Shown piece after piece: positions 29,023 through 39,166 of a DNA stretch of 64,000 bases; positions within the stretch are counted from its first letter, which is position 1, and the number at the start of each line of letters is the position of its first letter. The stretch covers positions 13,492 to 77,491 of the forward strand of contig JBDTCS010000135.1 of NCBI GenBank assembly GCA_039923455.1, given 5' to 3'. The position numbers and the translations under genes are program-made. The notes beneath the pieces were generated by a model. It ran no database searches. It was given only the letters and a program-made list of their open reading frames with translations, and was not told the origin of the DNA. Source of the stretch: Candidatus Kapaibacterium sp. Its GTDB lineage: Bacteria > Bacteroidota > Ignavibacteria > Palsa-1295.

Positions 29023-30609
29023 ATGAAACGTCGTACATTCCTTCAAGGCATCGCGGCAACAGCCGCAGCCGCTCCGATCATGCTCAATGGCGTGCCTGCG
29101 CGTGCTATGACCTCGCTGCCTTTGCTTGCGCAAATGGAGGCGGATGCCGGTGACAAAATCCTCATCATCATTCAACTCTTTGGAGGTAATGACGGGCTCA
29201 ACACCGTCATCCCGATCGGTCAGGATGAATATTACAAACTTCGTCCCGTGCTCGGCATCGCCGAAAAGGATGCAGACAATGTGCTTGGAGCGGGCAAAGT
29301 ATATCTGAACCGAGCGCTCAGCAATGGATCTCGCGGTGGACTTACGGCAATGCTCGGTAACGGCACGGCTGCACTCATTCAGGGCATTGGTTACGACAAA
29401 CCCAATCTATCCCATTTTCGCTCGACAGATATTTGGCTGAGTGGAATAAACAATTCCGATCCGAACGTGCGGTTGGATACGGGTTGGGTTGGGCGTTACC
29501 TCGAAAAGCGCTATCCAACTTTTCCGCTATCATTGCCGGACGATCCACTCGCGATTCAGCTCGGTGGTTTCTCACTGGCGCTTATGAGTTCGAAGGGTCG
29601 TATGGGAATCGAAGTCGGCGATCCGAGTAAACAAAAAGGTGTCAGTTCGACGCTCGGAACCCTCGACATGGATAGTGTTGGGACGCACTACGAGATGGAG
29701 TATGCATTCGTGGCTGATATCGCAGCCCGTTCGAATAAGTATGCTGCAAATGTCAAGGCTGCTTACGCTGCCGGATCAGCAAAATTGCAAGCGCAATATG
29801 CCTCCGATGTGCTTTCGCAACAGATGGCATCCGTCGCAGCATTGATCGCGGGTGGACTCAAGACGCGAGTATATGTGGTATCGATGGGTGGCTTCGACAC
29901 ACACGTGACACAGCAAACCGATGCGCTGAACGGTCCACACCCTACCTTGCTCGGAAGACTCGCTGACTCAACCGCGCAATTCATGTTTGACATGGTTCGC
30001 CTCGGATATGCGAATAATATTATCGGAATGACCGTGAGTGAATTCGGACGTCGTCCGGCTGAGAATGGATCGTTTGGAACAGACCACGGCGCATCGAGTG
30101 TGCAGTTCGTATTCGGCACACAAGTTAACAGCGGAGTTTTTGGACAGACGCCAGATCTGACAAACCTGGATGAGAACGGCGACCTACCCTATCAAATCGA
30201 CTATCGAAGAGTGTACACCGAAATACTCGGTGATTGGTTTGGACTGACGCTCCCCGAAGCTCGCGTAATCTTGCAAGATGATTCTCTGACACCGATCGAT
30301 GTGATCAAGCCGCAAGCGGGTGTTGCCGCTCCGGCACAACCTGTGCGTGTCGAGCTTATCCAAATGGTGAACTATCCGAATCCGTTTAGTGCATCGACAA
30401 CAGTTCAGATCAATTTAGAAGCACGCTCCACGATACGCGTGGACATCACGAACACTGCAGGCCAACACATTGCCACACTTGCCGAAGGAATGCACGAACC
30501 CGGCACATACAAATTCCCATTTACGCAAGCCGAAGCTTCCGGTACATACATCTGTTCCGTCGAAGCGGGCGGTAAGCATTACACACGGATGATGCAGTGC
30601 ACAAAATAG
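29023..30609 (+). CDS. DUF1501 (sulfatase-like fold) protein with Tat signal AND a T9SS C-terminal sorting domain
   Basis: Tat motif MKRRTFLQGIAATAAAAPIMLNGVPARA. DUF1501-like body (..GGFDTH....EFGRRPAENGSFGTDHG..). C-terminal CTD (NYPNPFSASTTVQINL..VDITNTAGQHIATL..GTYKF..YICSVEAGG). Confidence 0.7.
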   Translation: MKRRTFLQGIAATAAAAPIMLNGVPARAMTSLPLLAQMEADAGDKILIIIQLFGGNDGLNTVIPIGQDEYYKLRPVLGIAEKDADNVLGAGKVYLNRALSNGSRGGLTAMLGNGTAALIQGIGYDKPNLSHFRSTDIWLSGINNSDPNVRLDTGWVGRYLEKRYPTFPLSLPDDPLAIQLGGFSLALMSSKGRMGIEVGDPSKQKGVSSTLGTLDMDSVGTHYEMEYAFVADIAARSNKYAANVKAAYAAGSAKLQAQYASDVLSQQMASVAALIAGGLKTRVYVVSMGGFDTHVTQQTDALNGPHPTLLGRLADSTAQFMFDMVRLGYANNIIGMTVSEFGRRPAENGSFGTDHGASSVQFVFGTQVNSGVFGQTPDLTNLDENGDLPYQIDYRRVYTEILGDWFGLTLPEARVILQDDSLTPIDVIKPQAGVAAPAQPVRVELIQMVNYPNPFSASTTVQINLEARSTIRVDITNTAGQHIATLAEGMHEPGTYKFPFTQAEASGTYICSVEAGGKHYTRMMQCTK

Positions 30610-30734
30610 TTGTTTGCACTAAATAGTAGTACGCAGAGCCGTTGTGCTCGTGGTGATTTTGCTGTAGACCCGATAGACTAACAATTTTGAGACCTGACCG
30701 GCGAGCATTGGATCGAGCTTGACCGGAATCCACT

Positions 30735-33700
30735 GTGTGTGAGAAACGAAAGGAAGTGAATCTGATTTTCGTACCCACTATCCCAATCTCTCAACGAACG
30801 CGCGGAGTAAGAAGAAGCTTCTCACAGAGAGGTCACTCACTCCGAAGTTTCGCGTTTTGTCTAATCACAGTACTTTCGTGTTTCGCTTCGAGCGCGAACG
30901 CGCAATTCCCTGCGCCCTGCGATAAGGATAAATCGTGCATCGGAAATGCGCTTACAATCAGAGCGACTTCGGGCAAAGCTGCGCAATACGTTGATATAGA
31001 TACTTCAGCAGTGCTTCGATCGCTCGATACCGCAATGACGTTTGAGTGCTGGGTGCGCCCTGAGTTGCAGCCCGGCAAGCGGCAGTTCATTGGAGGTCTT
31101 TGGGGTCCGAACAAAGACAACAATGATCAATGGGTGTTGTACATTCAGGATAACCAGATCGTCTTCGCACTAAGCGCCGATGCTTCGTTCAAAGGTGATG
31201 TCGATAATACCATCGCTACGGCGAATGTCGCAGATCTTTATACGCGAGGTTGGGTGCATATTGCTGCGGTGTGGGATGGTGTGACAACGGTCGCTCGCAT
31301 TTATGTCGATGGTGTGCTCTTGATAAATGCGACGAACTCGCTTTTTCCGATCACGCATTTGCATCCGATCGAAAGCAAGACGCTCTCGATGCAGCTCGCA
31401 AGCTGTAATGCACTTTATGATGACACGGTTCGCTTTCGCACCTTCAAAGGCAAGCTTGATGAGATCCGCCTTTGGCGTAGAGCCCTCTCACAACCGGAGG
31501 TGCTTTGCCAAAGATACTTATCGCTCAATGGCAACGAGCCCGGGCTTATCATGTATTTTCGATGCAACGAACCAGGCAACACGCAATTCATGTGTGATGC
31601 TGCCGGAAATTTCATTGGACGTATGCGAAGCGGGGCGTTCTGTGATACGAGCAATCGAGTGCTCCCCGTAACCTTCGCTGCAGTTCCTGCTTCGGTTACG
31701 GGCAATCTTGCTTGCACGGTTGATACCACATTAAGCTTTACCGTCATTGACACCGCGTTCTGCGGGGACCGTGTGAACATTGGAGTTTTTGGCGGCAACT
31801 CGGCGCTCTTTACCGTCAGCCCAACGACGGCAGTGTTACAGCAAAATGTGCCGTTCACTTTTACGGTTCAATTACATGCGACGCTCATCGGACCGATCTC
31901 AACCGACTTGTACGTCTATAATCAAAATCGCTGCAATGCGCAGATCCGCATTCCGATACGCTACAATCGATCGACGGAGCTATCGTATTCGAAGGGTTCG
32001 CTCAATCTTGATACGCTCTACGTTGGATGTATTCAAGAAACATCGCGTGAGGATACGGTGACGATCTGCAACGTGTCGAATCGGGCAGTGACAATCTCGA
32101 AAGCAATTTTTGATAGCCTCAGATATTCCTATCACCCTGCGGCACCATCCGGGCCATTGCCGCAAGTCTTGCCACCGGGTGCTTGCTGGAAGATCGTCGT
32201 GCACATGGATGTGCTCGATTCTTCGAAGACACTCTATGACACGCTTCGCATAGTGAGCGATGACCGCTGCCCGGGAAGCGGTGCAATTCCAATCTTTGGC
32301 AGATCGCAGGAAGTAATCGCCTTGCTCGCACCGAATGGTAAGACACACGTGGACTCAATGAACTTCGGCCGCGTCTGTCCCGGATTCATTAGCAACGTAC
32401 AACTCTATCAGTATCGAGGTTTAGTGCCGGATACCGTACACATTGACTCGATAACGTATTCGACGTTCCAATTTTTTGGTGCAGGCTTTCAATTTCCGCT
32501 GAAGCTCGCACCGAAAAATGCGTACACGCCGACCTACATTCGGTTCAAACCCGACAAACCGGGTCCGTTCACGGGCGAGATGACGCTCTACTCAAGCTAT
32601 CGTGGCTGCTCGATTGTAAAGCATATTCAACTCGCAGGAGTTGGCATATCGGTCGATGTCGGATTTGATCAGCCGAATATTCTTTTCGGTAATGTTACGA
32701 TAGGTAAGTTCAAACAAATTACCGTGACGGTCACCAATCACGGCAAAGATTCGCGCCCGATGTCAACCTACCTGAAGGTGGGCGATGTCTTCGCAATCGT
32801 CGCGGGAAAGAGCTTTACGATCAATCCTGGTGAGACGAAGTCGATCACCGTCGAATTCCGTCCGAGAGAGCTGAAGACGTATCCGGATACACTTTGTCTT
32901 TTTGATCAAGGCTGCTATCAATCCGTATGTATTCCGATCACCGGCACGGGAGTTTTTGATCAGCTTTCGTTCACGCCTCCATTTTTGCGTATGGATAATG
33001 TTATCGGTTGCAAGTGTCAGACCGATACCGTTATCGTAGAAAATATTTCTTCTGGGAGCGTCACGATCACTTCGGACAATCTGAATGATCCGAGTGGTAA
33101 GCTGAAGATGATCAGTGGCTCCTACGCGGGAAGTTTTGCCGCCGGACGAAAGCTGCAATACATCGTGCAGTATTGCCCGAACGATCTCAATCAAGATCGC
33201 GCAGATGATGCCTATATCGATATCAAACTTTCCGATGGGCAGATTTATCAAGTTTTGATTCGCGCAACCTCGGTTGCACCAAAACTATACGTGACGCCGC
33301 TGACAACGTTTAACATCGTTGAGGTTGGTTGGCAAAAGCGAGACAGCATCTTAGTGGAAAATGAGAGTGCCGTTCCATTACATGTGACCTCTGTCAGCGT
33401 GCCTCCGGGATATGTGGTGATTCAAACATTTCCACCACTGCCAACAACCCTCAATCCTCGTGACACGTTGTGGGTCGAGGTCGAATTCAGGCCGCTTGCA
33501 GAGACAAGTTACGATGGGCCGATCACGCTCTCACTCGATGATCCATGCTCGCTTAGTTATTCCGGTGTCATCACTGGTCGTGGACAGATTGTCCGGCTCG
33601 AAGTTGCGATGAGTTTTATCAATTATGGATTGATCAAGCCGTGCGATTGTGTGACGCGTGTGATTCCATTGCCGAATTATAGTAACACGCTCCCAATCTC

Positions 33701-35756
33701 TATCGACTCAATCTGGATTGATGGCGCGGGCGTTGCTTCGCCATTCCCGGCGGTATTCAATTGGAGTTCGAAAGTTAGTCCGACCGGTGCGCTACCATAT
33801 CTGATACCAAAACTTGGTGCCGATACGTTGCTCGTTTCGTTCTGCCCGAACATCCCTGCCATTCTGGCGAACACGCTTACGAATGCGACGTTGCACATCA
33901 AAGCCAGCAAGCCCGGATGGTCGCAAACGTTTACGACCGTTCTGAGTGGCCGACGTGAATTAAATTTCCAGCCGAGTAAAGTGCTCGCAAGCTTCCCTGC
34001 AACGCGTGTGGATACGAGTGCTGCACCGATCAACGTAGATATTTCGGTACCGGATGCATTCGTGAATCCGAGTGGGGATAGTGTGATCATTGACGCGATT
34101 TCGTTTGCGCCCGACCAGAAGGTTTTCTCGGCCGTTGCAGCCAATGGTGCACCGTTGCCTTGGATCATTCATCGCAATCAAAAATTCTCGATCAAAGTCA
34201 GCTTCTTCCCGAGAGCTCCGAAAGATTATGTAGCACGCTTGCTCCTGCACACGATCTTCCCATGCGTCGGGTATGATACATCGATCTTGTGTAAAGGTAC
34301 AGGTTTTGCGCCTGCCTTCGGTTTGCAGATGGCCTTCGATACTTCGATTGTCGGGAAAGATACGATTCATCTGACCACCTGCGACACGCTCACGCTACCA
34401 ATCATGATCAGCCGTGCGATACCGCAGAGCATTATTGATATTCTCTTCCGCTTGCAGTACGATACCACATCGCTCAAGTTCTTAGATATCGTTTCACAGT
34501 TTACAACCGATGCGACGGTAAATGACTCATCGGGCAATGCGCTCGCGAAGCTGAAGAATGCGCGGAACGTACAAGCCGGAGTAGTCGCTACGTTGAGATT
34601 CATCGTACGTGGAACAGCGCGCGGATTCCCAATCATTCTTGATAATATTTTCTTCGATAGCGATTCGCTCGTATTCTTTAAGATCGTTGCAGGCCTCGAT
34701 AAAGGCTATATTCGGATCGATGATCCGATGATCACGATCACCCAAAAAACGAGCTTTGATACCGTGAATGCTCGCTCATGCGACGACCGAATTGTGATCG
34801 TTCGGAATCCCGGATTGATACCCGTCCGTTTCGATTCGCTTTCCGGATTGCCGAAGTGGCATACCGTTACGAAGAGCAGCAAGCCATACCCGACCATTTT
34901 GCAGCCGGGAGATTCTATCGTGCTTACTGTGACGTTCTGCCCACGCAGCCAAGTGACGTTCGATACTTCGATGCTCGCTGTCTCGAATCAGCCGTGCCCG
35001 ATCGCAGATAGCGGCGCGTTGCATAGCTTCGGATATGCTGCACCATTCCCGTTCACACTCTCGATTGGCGGAGTTGTTACGACGGTCGATTCTGTACGCG
35101 GGCAAATTGCGGACACGGTGTATGTACCGATTTTGATTGATCGCGATTTCCCACTTTCGCCGATCGACATGAACTATAGCTTGCAATACAACAGGCGCTC
35201 GCTCGAATATATGAGTGTTGCCTCGAAGTATGCGAAGGCAACCGTCACGCAATTGCCAGGGGGGATCTCGATCAAACTTCCCGGTTCAACCAACGTGAAG
35301 AAGGGCGAGATTGCGAGAGTGAAATTTGTGATCGCTGTGCCGGATAGCATTCTGACACTGATGATCCTTTCGCCTGATCCGTTCACAAGTGACTCCGACC
35401 TTTGGCTGACACCAAAGCCTGCCGGAGATACTACGATGGTTCGCGTCGACAAGAAGTGCAACATTACGCGACTCGTATTTACGACAGGAATTAACACGCT
35501 CTCCGTACCGGTGCCCAATCCATCGACGAATCGCGTTCGGATTGACGTGGAATTTGTCGAAGACGCGAATGCAACGCTCAAGATATTCGATGCGACGGGA
35601 CGCGAAGTCTATCGACCGCTTTCGGGTGATGTGCTAATGAAGGGCGGAAAATATTCTGTTGATCTGGATGTTTCACGCTTCTCACCCGGCGCCTATTTCT
35701 ATCGGATTGAAGCAGGAACGTACCGTGAGACGAAACGTATGTTAATACTTCGCTAA
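30735..35756 (+). CDS. Giant (1673 aa) secreted protein: N-terminal LamG/ConA-like lectin domain, many Ig/PapD-like beta modules, T9SS C-terminal sorting domain
   Basis: Signal-like hydrophobic segment LRSFAFCLITVLSCFASSANAQ sits after a ~35-aa N-extension. LamG-like region ends ..LDEIRLWRRALSQPEV. C-terminal CTD (PVPNPSTNRVRIDVEF..LKIFDATGREVY..SPGAYFYRIEAG). Confidence 0.7.
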   Translation: MCEKRKEVNLIFVPTIPISQRTRGVRRSFSQRGHSLRSFAFCLITVLSCFASSANAQFPAPCDKDKSCIGNALTIRATSGKAAQYVDIDTSAVLRSLDTAMTFECWVRPELQPGKRQFIGGLWGPNKDNNDQWVLYIQDNQIVFALSADASFKGDVDNTIATANVADLYTRGWVHIAAVWDGVTTVARIYVDGVLLINATNSLFPITHLHPIESKTLSMQLASCNALYDDTVRFRTFKGKLDEIRLWRRALSQPEVLCQRYLSLNGNEPGLIMYFRCNEPGNTQFMCDAAGNFIGRMRSGAFCDTSNRVLPVTFAAVPASVTGNLACTVDTTLSFTVIDTAFCGDRVNIGVFGGNSALFTVSPTTAVLQQNVPFTFTVQLHATLIGPISTDLYVYNQNRCNAQIRIPIRYNRSTELSYSKGSLNLDTLYVGCIQETSREDTVTICNVSNRAVTISKAIFDSLRYSYHPAAPSGPLPQVLPPGACWKIVVHMDVLDSSKTLYDTLRIVSDDRCPGSGAIPIFGRSQEVIALLAPNGKTHVDSMNFGRVCPGFISNVQLYQYRGLVPDTVHIDSITYSTFQFFGAGFQFPLKLAPKNAYTPTYIRFKPDKPGPFTGEMTLYSSYRGCSIVKHIQLAGVGISVDVGFDQPNILFGNVTIGKFKQITVTVTNHGKDSRPMSTYLKVGDVFAIVAGKSFTINPGETKSITVEFRPRELKTYPDTLCLFDQGCYQSVCIPITGTGVFDQLSFTPPFLRMDNVIGCKCQTDTVIVENISSGSVTITSDNLNDPSGKLKMISGSYAGSFAAGRKLQYIVQYCPNDLNQDRADDAYIDIKLSDGQIYQVLIRATSVAPKLYVTPLTTFNIVEVGWQKRDSILVENESAVPLHVTSVSVPPGYVVIQTFPPLPTTLNPRDTLWVEVEFRPLAETSYDGPITLSLDDPCSLSYSGVITGRGQIVRLEVAMSFINYGLIKPCDCVTRVIPLPNYSNTLPISIDSIWIDGAGVASPFPAVFNWSSKVSPTGALPYLIPKLGADTLLVSFCPNIPAILANTLTNATLHIKASKPGWSQTFTTVLSGRRELNFQPSKVLASFPATRVDTSAAPINVDISVPDAFVNPSGDSVIIDAISFAPDQKVFSAVAANGAPLPWIIHRNQKFSIKVSFFPRAPKDYVARLLLHTIFPCVGYDTSILCKGTGFAPAFGLQMAFDTSIVGKDTIHLTTCDTLTLPIMISRAIPQSIIDILFRLQYDTTSLKFLDIVSQFTTDATVNDSSGNALAKLKNARNVQAGVVATLRFIVRGTARGFPIILDNIFFDSDSLVFFKIVAGLDKGYIRIDDPMITITQKTSFDTVNARSCDDRIVIVRNPGLIPVRFDSLSGLPKWHTVTKSSKPYPTILQPGDSIVLTVTFCPRSQVTFDTSMLAVSNQPCPIADSGALHSFGYAAPFPFTLSIGGVVTTVDSVRGQIADTVYVPILIDRDFPLSPIDMNYSLQYNRRSLEYMSVASKYAKATVTQLPGGISIKLPGSTNVKKGEIARVKFVIAVPDSILTLMILSPDPFTSDSDLWLTPKPAGDTTMVRVDKKCNITRLVFTTGINTLSVPVPNPSTNRVRIDVEFVEDANATLKIFDATGREVYRPLSGDVLMKGGKYSVDLDVSRFSPGAYFYRIEAGTYRETKRMLILR

Positions 35757-35783
35757 ATAAATTTTGGGAGCGTTCACTACCGA

Positions 35784-37889
35784 TTGATGACCGATCAAAA
35801 AAAGAGACGGGTATTTTGTGGATGGCCGTTCACCATACGTGTGATCGACTTTTTCGCCGTGTTCATGTTCTTTGCAATCGGCGGTTTCGGTTCAGGCAAT
35901 TTTGTGAGTCGAGCGAGTGCACAGGGGCTGAATGCTGTTGATCCGGTGGTCGTAGAACCAAGCCATCCGTTTCATCTCGGTCTCTACGGTGGTTATGCAA
36001 TCAACTTTCATAGAACGCAAGCCGATATTTTTGTCGATTGTCCGGAGTGTGGGCAGTTTAGTCAAGGGACAGGAAGTGGTTTTGCGTTAGGTCTCTTCGG
36101 TGAATTGCCCGTGCTGACGGAAGGTGTTCAAGCCTATCTCGGAATTAATTACGCGCAACGTGGTGGCACGTTCGGTGAAGTGAATACGGGTGGATTACCC
36201 ATTCTCGATCCACAGACAAGTCAGTATGTGACGTTAACACGCAAACACTCTTCGTCGGCCAATCTCGGGTATGTTGTGATCGATCTGGGGCTCAGCTATC
36301 GTCCCTTCATATCGTTTCCGATATACATACGCGGTGCGCTCAATTACAATCCGGCGCTCGGTGCTTCTTCGAGTTATCATGAAACCGAAGAAATTATCTC
36401 TCCACAAGGTGTGCTCTATCCGGAGAATAATCAAAGGACTCGTGACGTTGCGAGCGGAATCATCACGGGTGTTACTTCTCCATTTGGAATCGCTGGGACG
36501 TTAGGCTATCCACTGCCGGTCGGACACAATATTACGGCATCCCCCGAAATAAGTTACTATCAGCCACTGAGCAGTGTGGTCGCTTCGAGTCACTGGAAAG
36601 TGTCGGCCTTGCAGTTGGGTGTAGCGCTTCGGTACCACGCTGGTGAGCCCGAGCCTTTGCCACCACCGGCTCCACCACCTCCTGCACCGCCTGAAGTCCC
36701 GAAGCCACTTCCACCGGTGATTTCGCTTGCCACTTTGGCCGGACAAAAGATCGATATTCTCGAAACAATCGTCACCGAGACATTCCCGATCTTGCCTTAC
36801 GTTTTTTATGATAGTGCATCGAGTGCGCTACCGGCACGATACGTCCAGATTCCGGCAAAGGACACGCGGAATTTCGCGGAGAGTGATCTACCGCATCAGT
36901 CACTCGATGCGTATCATCAGATATTAAATGTTGTCGGTAGCCGAATGTTGGCTGACGAAAAAGCGGACCTTACGTTACGCGGTACTACAGACGGAAAAGA
37001 GACCGTGGGTGATGAAGAGTCTAAAAAGCTCGCAATCGCTCGTGCACAGAGCATCAAGGATTATCTCGTTACTAACTGGGCGATCGCTCCGGAACGCATC
37101 ACAGTCGAGAGCGGCGGAGCTCCAACATTTCCCTCTACCGAAGAATATCCGGAAGGAATTGCAGAAAATAGACGCGTTGAACTTTCATCGAACAATGATG
37201 AATTGCTTCGACCAATTTTGCATGAGCGCTTCAAGCAGCATGTGATTCATCCTGCACGGATTCCGCTCACAACAACGATGCAAGAGCCCGCTCGTGCGGA
37301 TCATTGGAAGCTCACGGCTTACGCAAAGGGCAAGCCGGTGTGGCAGCAAGAGGGTGCTGGCGCACCACCAACGAGCATTCCGTGGGAGCTTGATCAGAAG
37401 AGTGCGACAAATATTGCCGAGCAGATCATGGGACGTGACTCACTTACCTGCGAACTTACAGTAACTGCAAAAGACGGACTGACATCCGTTTCACGCGTGA
37501 AGCTTGCAGGAGAAAAATCGGTGAATCCGTTCGAGCTTAGTCGGTTGAGTTTGATCGTGTTCGATTTTGACAAGTTCGAAATCACCGAGCAGAATCGAAG
37601 AATGATCTCGCATTTTGTCTCGCACTCTATTCTGCCTTCGTCACAATCCACGATTGTCGGCTCGACCGATAACCTCGGTGAGGCCAGGCACAATCAACAG
37701 CTTTCCGAAGGCCGCGCGTTTGCCGTTCGTGATCTAATACTCCAAGAGCGTAGTGATACAAAGATCGTCAGCACGGATGGCGTTGGAGCTTCCCGTCAGC
37801 TATATAGCAACGATGCTCCTGAGGGACGCTATTATTGCAGAACGGTGACCGTCGAAGTGCAAACACCGCTCGAAGATGTTGTGCACTAA
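35784..37889 (+). CDS. OmpA-family outer-membrane protein: N-terminal beta-barrel, Pro-rich hinge, two OmpA-like peptidoglycan-binding domains
   Basis: Amphipathic beta-strand N-domain; hinge EPEPLPPPAPPPPAPPEVPKPLPP; OmpA_C hallmarks (..NRRVELSS.. and ..GEARHNQQLSEGRAFAV..). Sits 28 bp downstream of giant T9SS cargo gene 2. Confidence 0.7.
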   Translation: MMTDQKKRRVFCGWPFTIRVIDFFAVFMFFAIGGFGSGNFVSRASAQGLNAVDPVVVEPSHPFHLGLYGGYAINFHRTQADIFVDCPECGQFSQGTGSGFALGLFGELPVLTEGVQAYLGINYAQRGGTFGEVNTGGLPILDPQTSQYVTLTRKHSSSANLGYVVIDLGLSYRPFISFPIYIRGALNYNPALGASSSYHETEEIISPQGVLYPENNQRTRDVASGIITGVTSPFGIAGTLGYPLPVGHNITASPEISYYQPLSSVVASSHWKVSALQLGVALRYHAGEPEPLPPPAPPPPAPPEVPKPLPPVISLATLAGQKIDILETIVTETFPILPYVFYDSASSALPARYVQIPAKDTRNFAESDLPHQSLDAYHQILNVVGSRMLADEKADLTLRGTTDGKETVGDEESKKLAIARAQSIKDYLVTNWAIAPERITVESGGAPTFPSTEEYPEGIAENRRVELSSNNDELLRPILHERFKQHVIHPARIPLTTTMQEPARADHWKLTAYAKGKPVWQQEGAGAPPTSIPWELDQKSATNIAEQIMGRDSLTCELTVTAKDGLTSVSRVKLAGEKSVNPFELSRLSLIVFDFDKFEITEQNRRMISHFVSHSILPSSQSTIVGSTDNLGEARHNQQLSEGRAFAVRDLILQERSDTKIVSTDGVGASRQLYSNDAPEGRYYCRTVTVEVQTPLEDVVH

Positions 37890-37904
37890 ACACTGGATAG
37901 AGTA

Positions 37905-38429
37905 TTAGAAAAGTGCTAGCGAATTTTCTTTGCGTGGTCGTGCGGAAATCTTTTGTACGATCACGTTAGCGAGTGCCCAGATTCCAAGCTCATCTTGTTC
38001 GTGGAATCTATCAAGATCGGGGCTATCGAGATCAAGCACTCCGAAGAGCGTACCATTCGGTAGTACGAGCGGTAAAACGATTTCCGATTGCGAACCTGCG
38101 TCGCAGGCGATATGCCCAGGGAAAGCATTCACATCGGGCACACGAATTGTTTTTTGATCCCTGGCAGCCGTTCCACAAACACCTTTGCCGATCTCGATCA
38201 TCGTGCACGCTGGCTTTCCTCCGAAGGGACCAAGCACCAGTCTGGTGCCATCGAACAAATAAAAGCCGGACCAATTTAGCCGCTCGATCTCCGTGAAAAT
38301 AAAAGCGGCTGCATTCGAAAGCGTGGTGATGACTGGCTCGTCCGCATCGAGGAGTGACTCGAGTTCATTGCGAAGTGAACTCCACTTTTCTGTCTCAGAA
38401 AGTTCTGAGTGATCGGTTGAATGAAACAT
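37905..38429 (-). CDS. GAF-domain protein, free methionine-(R)-sulfoxide reductase-like (fRMsr/YebR family)
   Basis: ..NAAAFIF..LNWSGFYLF.....LVLGPFGGKPACTMIEIGKGVCGTAA...IRVPDVNAFPGHIACDAGSQSEIVLPL. The internal Met at 38429 gives ~175 aa, the expected size. Confidence 0.6.
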   Translation of the reverse strand: MFHSTDHSELSETEKWSSLRNELESLLDADEPVITTLSNAAAFIFTEIERLNWSGFYLFDGTRLVLGPFGGKPACTMIEIGKGVCGTAARDQKTIRVPDVNAFPGHIACDAGSQSEIVLPLVLPNGTLFGVLDLDSPDLDRFHEQDELGIWALANVIVQKISARPRKENSLALF

Positions 38430-38556
38430 TGCAGGCCGTAAGCGTAAATAACGTGAACGTAAATGGGTTCGAGAACCCGCGATCCCGTTAGTTGGGTCCT
38501 TCCGCAGGTGTCGTTTTGGAACCCAATTCGGCATTCGAACAGTTCAGCTTTACTGT

Positions 38557-39033
38557 ATGATCAAGCTATTTCGTAATATGTCGACCGGTGGGATGCCGCA
38601 AGCAACGCTTGTGGAGCGCGCACTCGCCTACATTTTACGAGGGTTGACGCTTACGATCATCTTCATCTGCTTGATGGATGCGATCAACGTGGATGTGATC
38701 TTTGCTGCCGTTTCGGGCAATATGCGCTATCAGGATAATCCTGCGATTACCGATTCGCAGTTTGATACCGGTAGCGCGACGCAAGCCTACATCAATATTT
38801 TTGCCCAGGCCGCGCCGATCAATCATCTTCCGGCCTCGAAGATTGCAATCACCTACAAGTTTCTCGGCACAACGATCTACGAAGATGTCGATAGCCCTAC
38901 CGTTCTCGATGGTGGCTCGACTGTTTCGCTGATCTATTGTATTCGCGCATACAAAGGTGATGCTGCAAATAGTTACGCCCACGTGCGTCCCACACTCGAT
39001 CGCACGATAAGCTTCCTCCGCATTCTGATATAG
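38557..39033 (+). CDS. Hypothetical protein (one predicted TM segment)
   Basis: 158-aa ORF with host-like codon usage and a hydrophobic segment LTLTIIFICLMDAINVDVIFAAV. No recognisable family. An antisense 115-aa ORF overlaps it. Confidence 0.3.
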   Translation: MIKLFRNMSTGGMPQATLVERALAYILRGLTLTIIFICLMDAINVDVIFAAVSGNMRYQDNPAITDSQFDTGSATQAYINIFAQAAPINHLPASKIAITYKFLGTTIYEDVDSPTVLDGGSTVSLIYCIRAYKGDAANSYAHVRPTLDRTISFLRILI

Positions 39034-39166
39034 CCCTCAGCGCTTCCAACATACCATTCTGATCGTCTTGATCGCACAACTACCCAAAGTAGTGGTGTGA
39101 CGCAAAGCACGTTCCGAACAATTCGTAGTATTTGGGATTCGCTAATTTTGGCTATATCAAACTTCT

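Noticed and set aside
38635-38982. 115-aa minus-strand ORF
   Set aside because: Overlaps the more plausible plus-strand 158-aa ORF, and its Arg-rich, low-complexity translation looks non-coding.
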